A stretch of 63,816 nt of DNA from the NCBI GenBank assembly GCA_028534125.1, contig CM052832.1:22012185-22076000 (forward strand), read 5' to 3'. Source of the DNA: Lama glama. Taxonomy: Eukaryota. Below, piece by piece: positions 50,461-63,176 of the stretch; the first letter of the stretch is position 1; each line of letters begins with the position of its first letter. The notes under the pieces are model-generated. The model was not told the DNA's origin, made no database searches, and saw nothing but the letters and a program-made list of their open reading frames with translations. A program made the position numbers and the translations under genes.

Positions 50461-51159
50461 ATATTCCAGACTGGAAAATTAGCAAAATTAGAATCTAAAA
50501 GTAAAATTTCTGCTTAAAGTATAAACTTTTTGTTTTAACTTTAATAGACCACAGCAGAATGCTCGAAGATGACTAGTTAGAACAAGCTGCCGTTCTAACA
50601 GACAGGATTCATTTTAAGACTGATGGTTCATTCTAACAATTAGGGTAGATAAGTTTGAAAGAAATAAAATAGTTTAAAAACAAAATGTTAAAATTCCCCT
50701 AGAAATCAATGTGTAGGAACAAGAAGCCATAAATTGTTTGCACAAAAAAAGAACAATTAAAATGTACTAAGAACACATTTTATTTGTATAGCTTGCCCCT
50801 GTTGACTTAGTGCTTATAAAAACTAAAACATCAGTGTAAGTTATGTGATACTGGGGGAAAAAACCTACAAAAAAGAAAATTTTTGAGAAAGTATCTGAAT
50901 GGATTTGAAAGCTTTACATACCTTGAGGAAGAGCTAAACAATTTTCTCTCCAGCCTCCTCCTCCTCCTCTTAGAGTTTGAGAAGTGGTGCTAGATTTTCA
51001 GCACTTTGAATATTTTTCATATGGAAAACCAATATACCGTAGAAAATGAATACGCCTTGTTTGAAAAGACATACGTGACTTTATTACAACAAGGGGAGGC
51101 AGTTTGCCTGCAGTAGGAATGGGGATTACCTCGAGCACGGCTTCTAAGCCTCGTGACTA

Positions 51160-51338
51160 CTCACATTTTGGGCCTGACAGTTCTTTGCTGAACTCACCAA
51201 CATCCCTGACCTCCACCCACTAGATGCCAGCAGCACCCTCCCTCCCCTACCCCCAGTTATGACAACCAGAAATGTCCCCTGACGTTGCCAAATATTTATC
51301 CCCAGGCAGGCGGACCTGTCTCCAGTTGAGAACCACTG
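51160..51338 (-). mobile_element. MER20 hAT-Charlie remnant
   Basis: catccctgacctccacccactagatgccagcagcacc...tgacaaccagaaatgtcccctgacgttgccaaat...gttgagaaccactg. Confidence 0.8.
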
Positions 51339-51689
51339 GCCTAGGAGAACCTCGAGGGTCTTGGCTCTCCCCTGGCAATTACACAGTCCCGAGTTCCCAG
51401 CAACTTTTAAAAATATCCTTGCAGGGCAGCTTAGAATAACAGCAGAGAGGGGAAAAAAAATACAATAAAATTTGCACCAAATCCACATTGATCAAAACTG
51501 TCCTAAATATATTTACAGTAAAATTAAAGGACATAAGTCTACGTATCTAAAGATGCTTCTGATTCTCTTTATACGCAGGAAGTTGTGTGCTAATACAAGA
51601 TTTAGACCAGAGACCTGGTTTCAGTCCCGTCTCTCCCACATGCTCTCCATATATAGTAAGAGCTAACCTTCTGATCCCTTTCTACGTTC

Positions 51690-51965
51690 CAGACACGCTT
51701 TCTCATTCACGCTCTCCATCAGCCCTGAGAGGCCAGTCATTAATTGTCCCATGTTATGGAGGGGTAAACTGAGGTCTAGAAAAGTGAAATCACTTGTCCG
51801 AGCTCCCACAGCTCGTGAAATTTGAAACCCCAGTAACTGCAAAGTCTAATGCCTTAACCACCCCTCTCATCTTGGGGGGAAAAGTCACTAAATCTCTCTG
51901 ACCTTCATTCCGTATCCTCATCTTTAACCCGGAAATAACATTTTCCTGTATTTCTCAGAATCCCT
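51690..51965. mobile_element. MIR fragments in opposite orientations
   Basis: ggggtaaactgaggtctagaaaagtgaaatcacttgtccgagctccc; aagtcactaaatctctctgacc. Confidence 0.55.
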
Positions 51966-52054
51966 TGCAAGAACTTAAAGGCAGTTCAGTGAGTCATTGA
52001 AGGGTAGGGACCAAAGTCCTGGCAACAGGCAGGCAATGATATTCAGTGATGTCT

Positions 52055-52192
52055 TCTTTTTTTTTTTTATACACATTGATTTACAATGTTATATTATTTT
52101 CTGGTGTACAGCAAAGTCAGTCAGATGGAATCTGGAATCTAAAAAAGCGACACAAATGAACTTATTTACAAAACAGAAACAGACTCACAGAC
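52055..52192 (-). mobile_element. Short L1 insertion with 5' inversion (twin priming), artiodactyl-type
   Basis: Poly(T) plus antisense L1 3' tail (52055-52124) abutting a sense L1 3'UTR piece (52125-52192); TSD tcagtgatgtct / tcagcgatttct. Confidence 0.75.
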
Positions 52193-54929
52193 TCAGCGAT
52201 TTCTGGGTGGTGGTAACATTCACCTAGGTCCGGTGCCCTGGAGCTGCGCCCATCTCAAAGGCCAGAAGAGCCACACCCTGATTCTGAGATCTACTTAGAC
52301 AAGAAAAGGAACCGGGGCCAACTCACTTTGAAAGAGCACTGTCAGGAATGCAAATGAAAATAGTAAACATCGTAATTAACCCTTAGGACTTTAACACAGG
52401 AGAAGTGAGAGACATCAAGTCTGGCCGGGCAGGGGTGTGGTTAGCGGCAGCACGCACGCACCCCTTCCCTCCTCACAAGGTCCCAGAGCAACTCCTGATG
52501 CCTGGTGGCGCCTGAGTAGCTACCCTGAGCACCAGAACCTCCCGAGGCCCCTAAGAACATAAGGGACACAGTGGCTTCATGGACAAAGTCACAGAAGACT
52601 GAGTAGAAGGGGACCATAAAGAGCACTCACACCTGACGGATAAGAAAGGAGCCTGCATGTGAAAGAGCTGCTCCAACCTGTCCAGGCTGAGTCCCTGCCA
52701 GGCCCCGGGCGGCCTGGAGGAGTCTGACCACGCAGCAAGCCCCCCCACCCCGCCCCCGCAGCCTCGTGTTCAGTGTGAGAAGCCACCGCGCAGTCCGGCC
52801 CGCCTCCAGCACAGACAGTCGTATTTGTGATGCGCCTATTTTGCAGGAATAGTTTCAGGACCAAATTATTGAACTTCTAAAACAAAAGGACCAAATACAA
52901 TAAAATAAACGTTTAATCTTTGGGTTACAAACTCTCACTGGGGTAAGAGGTAGCTATAGGAGCAAACAGAGGGAAGGTTCTTGATTCCTATTTCATGATC
53001 AAATATACAGTGATGCTGAAGTCTGTTCAATATGCTCGGCGGATGGGAGGCGGAGTGGGGCGTGGTGACCCCCCGCGGTGGTGAGCATCCCTCTACTTTG
53101 TTATAGATGCAAAAAACAGCAAACACAGTGCCTTACATAGAACTTTTAATTCTAAATCCCTTTCAGACATATGTTTCTCCATTTTACCCCCGGGTACCTG
53201 GGGTAGGTACAGATAGACAGTTCTTTGCTGTGGTTTGGGGTATCAGTAGACCAGGGACTACTTGAAGAGAAAAATGTCTCACCCGTCGTTTCATGAAGCC
53301 ACATTTAGATTCTAGGTCTAATTTCAACAGATATCAGCACGGCAGAGCTACAGTTACAGTGGGCAGATCATCTGTCAAGAATGGAAAAAGCCAGGATGCC
53401 TGGGCAGTTGTATGGGGGGGGATGGGAAGGAAGAAGTGAAAGTATATTGGAAAGGAAAGGTGGAGAAAAACTGCTAACAGAATGGGCAGAGTTAAAGCTT
53501 CAGTCCTGGGAGTGAGAGAAAGCCCAGGCCAGCAGAGCAGACTCAGCGTGGCCAGCACTGGCGCGGTCACGGCCAGCGCAGCCCCAGCAGACCCACCTGT
53601 GGTCACAATCCTGGAGCGACACTAGGTGGTGACCAGAGAGATACCGGCAACCGGGAGGCTGGGAATGGAACGGAGGTACCAGCCACAACAACAGATGTTA
53701 GAAACAAGGCTGGGCAGCAGGTGATAAAGAAATAATAAAATAATCACACATTCACCTTTCCATCTGGAAGCAAAGCTTGCAAGCTTTCACAAAATTAACA
53801 GTGTGGTCATACAGTAAAAAGAATTCTTTGATGAGGTGCCTTCTATTTTATAGTACGAGATCAGGTAACGTGGGCTGATTAAACAAATGAACGACAAAGC
53901 ACAACTATGTATTTTTAGAAAGGTTTATCAGATTGAATAGCGCCGCCGCCATCCTTACACCAGGGATTGTGGAAGAAAAGGTAAATTAGAGGATTTAGGA
54001 TAGGAAAACAAAACTTGACCTACCAATTGCCAATTTAATTACTGCACAGGAGAAATTCACTAAGCATCTGATCATTTATATTCTGGGGTAGGAGTTCTGC
54101 CCAGTATTCGGTTAGATATTTTAAATTATAATTTCAAATGGACTCATTGTCACAGGCCTCTGGGTCTATTTTACACACAAAATCAATATACAACTACTAA
54201 TAAATAGGATTACTTTCCCAAGGCTCCCGGTGGGAGCTCAGCTCCACTTCTGTTTGGGAGGCAGTTTCAAAGTTCTCCAAAGAAAATTACTTTCCTGATG
54301 TTCACCCGTAAAAATCCACAGAAGGCATCTGAGAGAAATCGAATCAAGAGGCAACCACCGGCGGGAAGGGAAGTCTTAGACTGGCAGGTAGATGGAAAAG
54401 TGCTCCTGTCTAAATGCCCCTCTCACGATCGCCATTGACCTGTTTCTCCACTAGAAAGCCAATATGGGTTGCCTTTTCTCTGCAAAGGTGGAAACTCCCA
54501 GAGTTGTGTCCATGGCCTCTCCCACCAGAATGCCCACCAAGGCCATCCTTCTCACCTCTGCACATGCCACGCCCTGACCCACCACTCTCAGAGCCGAGGG
54601 AGAGCTAGACAAGGGTCTGGCCTGAGAAGAAGCATTGGCTAGGTGACACTCTCCCCTCTGTTTTACCCCGTGGATCCACCTTCACGCCTCCTAAATCGGA
54701 ACAAATACCCTTGGCAGAGCCGAATTTTTCAACTCTTGTTGCCCCGACATGTGAGTCCTTGAGAGAGATCTTGATAGTCTTCTTCACACAATAAGCACTG
54801 TCTAAGTGCCATCGACTGCCCCACAGAACTTGGAGACATCTAGTAACCCGTTCTAGACAAAGGCCTGTAAATATCCCATGAGGAGACTCCACGTGTCTGG
54901 GTTAATAAGGGGTTTGAAATCCCCTTGGT

Positions 54930-55100
54930 CTGGAATCCTGGTTCTACTACCGCCTGGAAGTGTAGCCTGGGACAAGCTGCTTAACCACTGAGCCTCGTTT
55001 TTCTCATTTACAGATGAGGGAGGGTTGATTAAGATGAAACAATACATGCAGAATGCTCACTGCCATTCCCTGCGCACAAAACTGTTCAATAAGGCAGGCA
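54930..55100 (+). mobile_element. MIR SINE
   Basis: cctgggacaagctgcttaaccactgagcctcgtttttctcatttacagatgagg. Confidence 0.65.
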
Positions 55101-55269
55101 ATTATTATCTTTCTTATTACCCCAAATTGACAGTGGATGAGGGGAGACAGAACCCCAGTCTGTGCAACTTCAAGAAAGTATAAAAACAAAAAAAAAAAAG
55201 AATGTGTAATAATGAAAACTGTTACCTTAATGGAAAAAGCAAGTATAAGATGAAATGGGGTGGGGTTTT

Positions 55270-56890
55270 CCCTACTTACAGCGAAACATACCATAAAGCT
55301 ACTGTGCTTAAAGTAGTGTGTTATTTCCTTAGCAAGAGACAGAGATACCAATGGAGCAGAGTAGAAGGTCCAGGTGCAGATCAACACAGATCCATGTGTG
55401 TGTGTGTATACGTGCGTGCGCGCGCACACACACACACACACACAAATATGACAAGAAGTATCTCAAATTCATGGGTAAAGAATGAACCATTTAATAAATG
55501 GTACTGGTATAATCGGCTATCCATTTGGAAAAAATATAAAGTCAGGTCTTTTACACACACACATACCCCCTTCCAAAGAGGTTAAATATCAAAATGATAA
55601 AATTATAAGGTCAAGAGAAGAAGATAGAGAATATTATAACAACTTGGAGATTGGGAAAATCTCTCCCAAAACAAGCCACCAAACTTATAAAGACTGTAGT
55701 TTTATATATTGAAAAATGCACAAAACTTCTGTACAAAGAAATGTATCTTGTAGATAAAATTAAAAGAAAAATGACAAACTGATAAAAAAAATTTACTACA
55801 CACACATGTGGGCGGCACACACACAAACCAGAGAAAGGCCAATATCTGAAAAGTTTTAATACATCCATAAGAAAATTATAAATAGCCTTACAAACAAAAA
55901 TGATAACGGATTCAAAGAGGCAATTCACAAAAATACAAATTGAGCAGAGACGCTTACATTTACTAATTCATCTCTCTTTCATCGGTGGCAAAATGAGGAC
56001 AAAAATCATACCGAACCCACAGGGATGTTGAACTCATGAGTAAATTCCATGTAGAGTGCTTAAAACGATCTTGTCACATAAAACACCCAACAAATATTAA
56101 CCAGCAACAGTAATAATAGTAGCATAATTAAGGAAACACAAAATAAAAATCAAGAGATGATATCTAGCATCACTGGCAAAACCATCACCAGCAAAACTTC
56201 AGAAAGACTGATGTCATCCAGTATTGGGGAATGTATGAGCAAACAGGCACGCTCTACACTGGTGAGAGGAAGAACTGGTTCAGCCTTTTGGGGGTACAAT
56301 TCAGCCTTATCCATCCAGCATTTTATGATATGTGCCCTGTGATGGAAATTCGATATATGTATAGAATATCCAGCCCACATAATAACTTTCAATGGAATAT
56401 AATCTTTAAAAATTCTGAATCATTATACTGTACACCCAAAACTAATATATCATAAATCAACTATACTTCAATAAAAAATTAAAAAAAAAGAAATCTAGCT
56501 TTCAGAAATACACACGTGCACAAAAACATATGTATGAGGAGATTCAATGTAGCAGTGCTTATAAAATTAGAAATAATCAAACGGGAAGTGTTAACTACCT
56601 TCTGGCATTTCCATATAATGGGTGATAGTGCAACGATTCCAAGGAGTGATGAACATCAATAAGGAAATATGTCTAATACTTTGCTAAGTACAAACTGCAA
56701 GCCACAATTTGCAGCTTTATATAAAATAAATATTTGAAAATGGATATGAAAGGGAAAAACCAAGCTGTTGTGGTTACCTCTGGAAAGTGAAGCAAGACTG
56801 GGAGGGAGTGGAGAGGGTGTTTCAGATTTTACTCCGTTGACTTATACCACCTTTGATTTCTTTAAATATCAGACATGTACTTAAAAAAAA
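55270..56890 (+). mobile_element. Fragmented L1ME-type LINE (ORF2 and 3' UTR) with nested MIR (~55990-56120) and younger L1 3' end (~56375-56489)
   Basis: aaacataccataaagctactgtgcttaaagtagtgtg...ccatttaataaatggtactgg; nested tail aaatcaactatacttcaataaaaaa with TSD-like agaatatccagc / agaaatctagc. Confidence 0.65.
55393..55444. repeat. (TG)n-(CG)n-(CA)n self-complementary microsatellite
   Basis: catgtgtgtgtgtgtatacgtgcgtgcgcgcgcacacacacacacacacaca. Confidence 0.9.
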
Positions 56891-58979
56891 AAGGCAACCA
56901 AGACAGTGTTTCGTAACAGTCATCACTGGACACCTGAGTAAATGACAGTGTCCATCATGTTCCTGAAACAGCCAGCAGGACTCCCGCCTCTGCAGGTAAG
57001 CTCCGCAGAGGAAGCTGGAAGATATGAATAGGATGATTCAACTCCTTTATTCTGATTCAGCTAATAACCTTTTGATGGGGAACCCAAGGCAATTCCAATT
57101 TCTGCAACTGTCCACTTGGCAGCTATATTTCTCAGGGTAAATTAATAAGTGTACACTCTAGTTTATCATGCGATTTACACAGTCATCCCCAGAGAAATAA
57201 ATCTGAGTCCCTCATCCTGCAAAGTTGGGACCTACATCTAGTCCTATTGCGATCCCTCCTCTAAGGTGCAAAAAGAGCAGGAGACCTACCTTGCGGAAAA
57301 TGGGCCACTGACAAACTGGCCATTTTAACCACATTATTCTTACATTACAGCAAAGGGAAAGCAAGACCATGACAGCCCAATTCTTGGCAACTTGTCGCTG
57401 TCAAATGTGACGATATATGTTTGGAGCCACCTGAAAAACATTTATAAAACTCAACTCTGTAGATGACATGGCTCTATTCTAACTCTGTTACTCTGCAAGG
57501 CAGAGGGCCAGCCTACGCCCTGGTCCCCAGACCTGGTTTTGGAAAGGGTGGCAGGAGCTGAGTCATGCCAGACCTTCAGAGGTGGCGGCAGGTAAGGGCC
57601 ACACCCCAGCCACCAGTACCACATAGAGCAGCAAATATTGAAAGTCAAGGGCTTAGAAAAGCTGACCCTCACTCTTGAGCAAGGCAGGAAGCGAGAAATG
57701 AGTGCTGCTCGCCTCACTTCCCAACCTCTATAATAGAATCGACCACAAATGGCACACTTAGAACCGTCACTGTAACCAGAAGTTGTTTTGGCTGAAGGTG
57801 GATGGAAAGTGGGCGGAGATGCCCACCGACGGCCAGAGAGACATTTTTAGAAGAGAACCAACGGGACAAACCTGCGCTGTAATAAAGCCTTATGACCTTC
57901 CGTGTGCATTTTCAAGATACAGCATTTTATTAAAAGAATCAATCCATTCCGAACACTCCTTTTAACATAATCAACATAATTGTAATTAATTAGCGTTTGT
58001 AAACTGAAGATGGCTCCTAAATTGACAGCTTACTTACAAGCAGACCCAGGTTTGGGCTCATGCAGAACAGAGAATTTCTGCCAGTCTAATTAGGGCTTCT
58101 TTTTTTTTTTTTAAATCCATCTTCATGGGAAAAAAATCAGGTAACATCTATTATTTTTTTTGAGAGTCTAAGTTAAACTTATTTAATTACATATATTTAA
58201 TGAAAGTTTTAACTGATCAAAACTTCTAACTCCATGATTCTGGTTATAATTTATATGATGGTTAATCAATGGGTTAATCAGACCCATTCAAACTGTGTAG
58301 TCAAAAGCTTTGCACATGAAGAAATATGGTATCTATTTAATGCTTTTATTGGTTTTCATAATGAGTTGGGGATAGGGGCGGGAATTTATCAAGTGGCTGG
58401 ACACTCTGTGCCCAGCTCCAGGCTGGATGCTGTCCCATGGTTTCTCATTTCATTTACTCCTCATGATATCTTTAAATACCCAAATTACCAGCCATGTAAG
58501 GAGAGCAACCATTTCATTTCCAGAGAAGCCATGTACATCTGGCTGGCAAGTTGGTTACAGATATGAGGATTTTTACTGGTGCTAGACAAGAGGCCGATGA
58601 AAAGAGAAGGAATTAAAGGAAGGAATATTAACTGTCAAACAAACAAGGCAAAAGTCTCTGGAGAAAAGGGAGGGAAGCAGCCTCCCTGTTCACTGGATGT
58701 TGAAAAGCCCAAAGAAGGCTAAGAACGTCTGCTCCTGAGCTCTGTGCTGCGGCTCGCAGGACCCTCCCAGAGTCCTCCCATTCGGAGGAGGGACGCCAGG
58801 CCCAGGGAGAGATCAAAGGAGGCTGCCAGTCTTGATGCACCCGAGACCGTCTTTTGTAAGCTCTGCTCTTGCTGGGACTGCACTCTACGAGCGACACCCT
58901 CTTTGACGCCGCCGCAGAGCACGGCAGCCCGGTAACGGCTTGGCTTCCCCTCGTGCCTTCTGGTTGAGAGGTATCTTTT

Positions 58980-59123
58980 CCTGGGGGGCCTATCAAACCC
59001 CACGCTGCCGGCCACACCCAGAGCTTCTGACTCAGTAGCTCTTGGTATGACTCCAAAATTTGCATTTCTAACAAGCTCCCAAGTGCTGCTGCTAGTCTGG
59101 GTCCATACATTTAAAAACCACTG
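58980..59123. mobile_element. MER5A fragment
   Basis: cagagcttctgactcagtag...aatttgcatttctaacaagctcccaagtgctgctgctagtctgggtccatacatttaaaaaccactg. Confidence 0.7.
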
Positions 59124-59922
59124 TTGATGAAACAACAAAAAACCAGAACAGAATTCATCAAAGACAGGAACAGAGTATTTATTACGTGGCAAAATCTTTA
59201 TCAACCATGATCCAAGCCACAGAAAGGCAGGGGATTTCGTCGGTGTGCACTGAGAACAGGGGCTGGCGTACACGAGATGCTCCCTACACACCTGCTAAGG
59301 AGGTCAAATGAATCAGTATGCTCCATGGGGGAAATTGAGGCCAGCATGGGGATGGACGAGCGAGGGAGGTGGCTGCAGAAAAACCAGCAACCAAGGGGAT
59401 GGTCTCTAACAGCCAAACTGCTCCGAAAGGGAAGCTCACCTTGGTCACGGCAATGGCAACAGCAGCAGCGGACAGCACAGAGATGACGACTTCAAACCCA
59501 CAGGAGAGTCTGGTGCGTGGCCGGCGCAGGACCCAGCACTTGACACAAGTGACAGCGTTTCACAACCATCTACGATTCTCCTTATTTCACAGGCAAGGAA
59601 ACAGGTTCGAAAGGAAGTGACGTGCCCAGATCATTATGTGTGGTGAAGGTCTCAAGCAGAAGGTCTCTCTTAATTCCCCAGTTGAGCAATGATAGATGCA
59701 AAATTTCTTTGGTGTTCTCCCAACGGCAGACTTTGATCCTTCCTTCTCCAAGTTACAGAGACTCCCAGTGGCCCATTCATAGTAGGCTGATCGTAAAACA
59801 GGCAGGGTTTCGGGGGCCACACAGAACATCCTTTCTCTGTATCATCTCTCAAGAGCAGCACCATGCTTCCCAGCGCTGGGGTTCCACGAGAGGGCTGGGC
59901 ACCCCAAAGTTAAAGGGCTAGC

Positions 59923-60130
59923 TCAGTAGTTCATCAACGGGGAGGCAGAGGTGGGGGGGAGGCTGACACTGTCCAGAGACAATTTTGATTATCACGCCAG
60001 GGGGCGAGGAGCATGTCATTGGCATCTAGAGAGTGGGGACCACGTTGCTGCTCAGCCTCCCACAACGCACAGGATAGCCTCCCCACCACAGAATTCTCTG
60101 GCTAAAATGTCAACAGTCCTGAAACCCTGC
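59923..60130 (+). mobile_element. MER20 hAT-Charlie remnant
   Basis: tgtccagagacaattttgattatcac...tggcatctagagagtgggg...gcacaggatagcctcccc...aaaatgtcaacagtcctgaaaccctg. Confidence 0.75.
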
Positions 60131-62284
60131 TCCAGTTTCGAATTTCCAAAAGCTTTCTCTCTCCTCCCCTCCGCAAGGCTGGATGCCTGAGACACTTCAC
60201 TGATACTCTCTTCCAGCCTTTGCTGTCTTTTATCTTGTCTTAGTCGCTAAAGGACGTGTTTCGTCTCCCCCTCTCTCCTGAGGGCAGGGACAGCATCTTA
60301 GTCACTGAAACACCCAGCATCCTGGGAACCGCAGTCAGCTCGGGGTGGATGTTCAGGAAGTGTTTGTCCCCTGGTTTGTTTTCCCTCAAGTGGGTAAAAA
60401 TACTGAGAGTTCAGGTTCAACCAACATTCAAGAGCTCCTACCATGAGGGGTGTGGGGGGAGCACATGCTAAGTTAGGACCACACAGTACCTTTCCTATCA
60501 ACACATCTCATTTAAGCCTTCCAACCACTGAAGGAGACAGCAACACTATTTTAGGTAACTACAGCTCATAGATATGATTTGTAACAGGTCACATGCTGGT
60601 AAGTGACAGAGCATGTTTCTGGAGCCAGCCCTTTGGTCTTACACTCCTTCCGTACCCCACCACCACGCCACGGGTCCTAAGACCAGTCCCCAAACTAGAG
60701 GGTCTGAGATGCTAGCAAGGAAAACAGTAACAGGAAAGGCTGAAACTTTACCCCACTATTAGGGTGATCATCACAAGTTTTGCTCCCCAATATAGCGGCA
60801 AAACTGGTTAATTCAAGGATTATTGCAAATAGGCTTAAATAGAAGTTACATATTTAAAAATCAATGATAAAGGTACTTAGAATTTACGTGGCTCTTTCTT
60901 TTTTTTAAATTTAATAAGCTAAGGCTTAAGAAAATTAATTCAAGGCTCTTCTTTAAACTCTGGAAAACAAGAGAGCATAGGAAATAATGGTCAAAAGAAC
61001 CACCTTAGTTCAAGACATAATTATGTGACCTTTCCCCATGCTCGGCACTCTCCAGCTGGCTCTCTGCAAACCGTGGGCTTTCTCAAAGTGGCCGGGAAGG
61101 AGCCAGGCCTAGGAGAGCACGTAATAAGTAACATCTGATGGCACGTCTCCGGGAGCCCCGACAGTATGGATCCCCCAAAATCACCCTGATGAATCTGTCT
61201 CGTTTCCATAGTACAGAGAGAGAAGTGCAAATGATGAAAGGTTTTTGAGGCATTGCATTCATTTTTTTTTTTTTTTAAGAGAGGGAGACCAGTTCTTGGC
61301 TGGCTGTCGCTCATCAAGCCTTCCTCTGTAACCTCTGTGCCAAAGCCACGTTCTGAGTCCTAGCCTTTCAGGAAGCCGGATGGCCCGCGGATCACTCACA
61401 GCTGGCTCATTCCAAACTCACCCCCCTCCACACGGTGCAAACCCCAACGGAGGAAAAGCGCCTTTCTTTCAGGCCCAGGAGTGAAATGTCTTGGGCGTCG
61501 ATGTCTTGTATTTCTTTTCTCCCTTGGTTTGCCCCTCACTGCCGTCTTGCCTTTTCCCACCATCACTGTTGCTCCTGCTTCCAGACTCACCAGCTCTGGT
61601 GCATCCATATTCTAAATGGTAGCCCTGGTTCTCTTCCCAGGGAAATTTCTGGCTTTCTGTCCACTCGGTAACCTGTTCCAGGCAGACCCAGACCCAACAG
61701 AATGAAGAGTCTTCCTATTATAGGATAAAGTAGACTCCTCAAGGGCAGGGTGTCCAGCGCGCCGCCCTGGCACCCAGTGGTGTTGGTGCTGGGCACGCAG
61801 CAACAGTGCTCACTTGGACCCCTTAAGATTCTCAACTCCAGGGGCCCCATCTTGTTCCACCTCTTTTGGGTTTTGAGTAAACCTATCTTTGGATGGTTTG
61901 CCTTGGCAATGACCTGGAAACCCAAAGCTGGTACGAGGATAGGCACGGGGTACCAGTGCACCTGGTCCAGGTTTCTAGGGTCTGCGGGGCTGCCCTTTCC
62001 AACGTCCAAGTTAGGAGGTGGGATGAATGCATCACCCATTGAGTCTGCAGGCAGCTCCTGCACTGCCTGGTCACTCCTGCTTCAAGAACCTTTGCTTGTG
62101 CCCAGAAGCTCTGGCTGCTTCTCTGACTGAGGGTAGAGTGCAGCCTGGAAATCTGCATCTGGAACAAGTGCTACAGGAATTCTTATTATCAGGTAAGCCT
62201 AGAGAGACATCGGAATCTTTCTGTTTGATAGGTGCCTGGGGTCCCTCCTAGGAATGGACACAATGTCAGAGACCTTTGAGGATA

Positions 62285-62525
62285 AAGACCAGGCACGAGC
62301 TAAGAGTCCGGAGCCAGGCTCTTTGGGGTTCAGTTTCAGGTGCCTCCCTCATCAGTGGAGCCGAGCCAGCCCCTTAACTCCTCGCTGTCTGCCACTTCCC
62401 GTGCAGAACACGCACGATAGTAATACCCACTTCATAGGTTGTGTGGATAACGTGCTAAGGCGCAGAAAGCACTTAGTTTAGTGCCTTCCGTGCATGGGGC
62501 ACTTGATAAACATTAGCTATTATTA
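62285..62525 (+). mobile_element. MIR SINE
   Basis: gatagtaatacccacttcataggttgtgtggataac...aaagcacttag...aaacattagctattatt. Confidence 0.65.
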
Positions 62526-63007
62526 TCCCCAGAGACCAGAGATGGCTGAGTGGCAGCCCTTACACCAAATCTGGCCTCGAGACCTATTTTGTTTGGCTCA
62601 CACATTTTCCCTTTTAATGGAGCCAATAGTCTAAAACTGGTAGATTTCAGGCATTTTAAGAAAGTTGAAGATTGGGCAGCAAACAGGGCCTGCTTGGCAG
62701 CGATCACATGGGGCAGGGTCCCAGGGCCCCCTTCTAATAGGGCATTTCTTCTTTGTTCAAGCCCAGCCCCCAAGCCCCAGACCACCTACCCCTCATTCTT
62801 CCCCCGACTGTTAACTCCCTGCCTGGACCTTGTTGGAAGGCAATCTCTATTCTAGACCAGTTTTACCAACATTTCCAGTGTTAGGTCCTATCATTCCCCC
62901 ATATTGACGCCAGTCCAACTGGTCTCCTTATGCTAACTACTTTCTGCCTCATGATGTTTCTTTCCGCAGCCATGAGGAGCCTCCCTAGTCTTCCCTGTCC
63001 ACCGAGC

Positions 63008-63176
63008 TCAGCGGTTCCAATTGAGAGTGTACGTTAAAGTGATCTGGGGCACTTTCCAAAAATACCCATGTCTGGACCCCACCCTGAGATTGTAATGAGG
63101 CTGGGTGGAGGTATTTCTTGAAGAGTGCCCAGATGATGCAAACTTACACCTGAATGCGCTCTAAGGCTGGTGACCA
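63008..63176. mobile_element. MER5-family MITE within L2-like sequence
   Basis: cagcggttcc...aatacccatgtctggaccccaccctgagattgtaatg...gaccacag. Confidence 0.55.

Noticed and set aside
58628..59291. 160 and 190 aa minus-strand ORFs
   Set aside because: Span a MER5A fragment and GC-rich sequence where stops are scarce; no domain recognised
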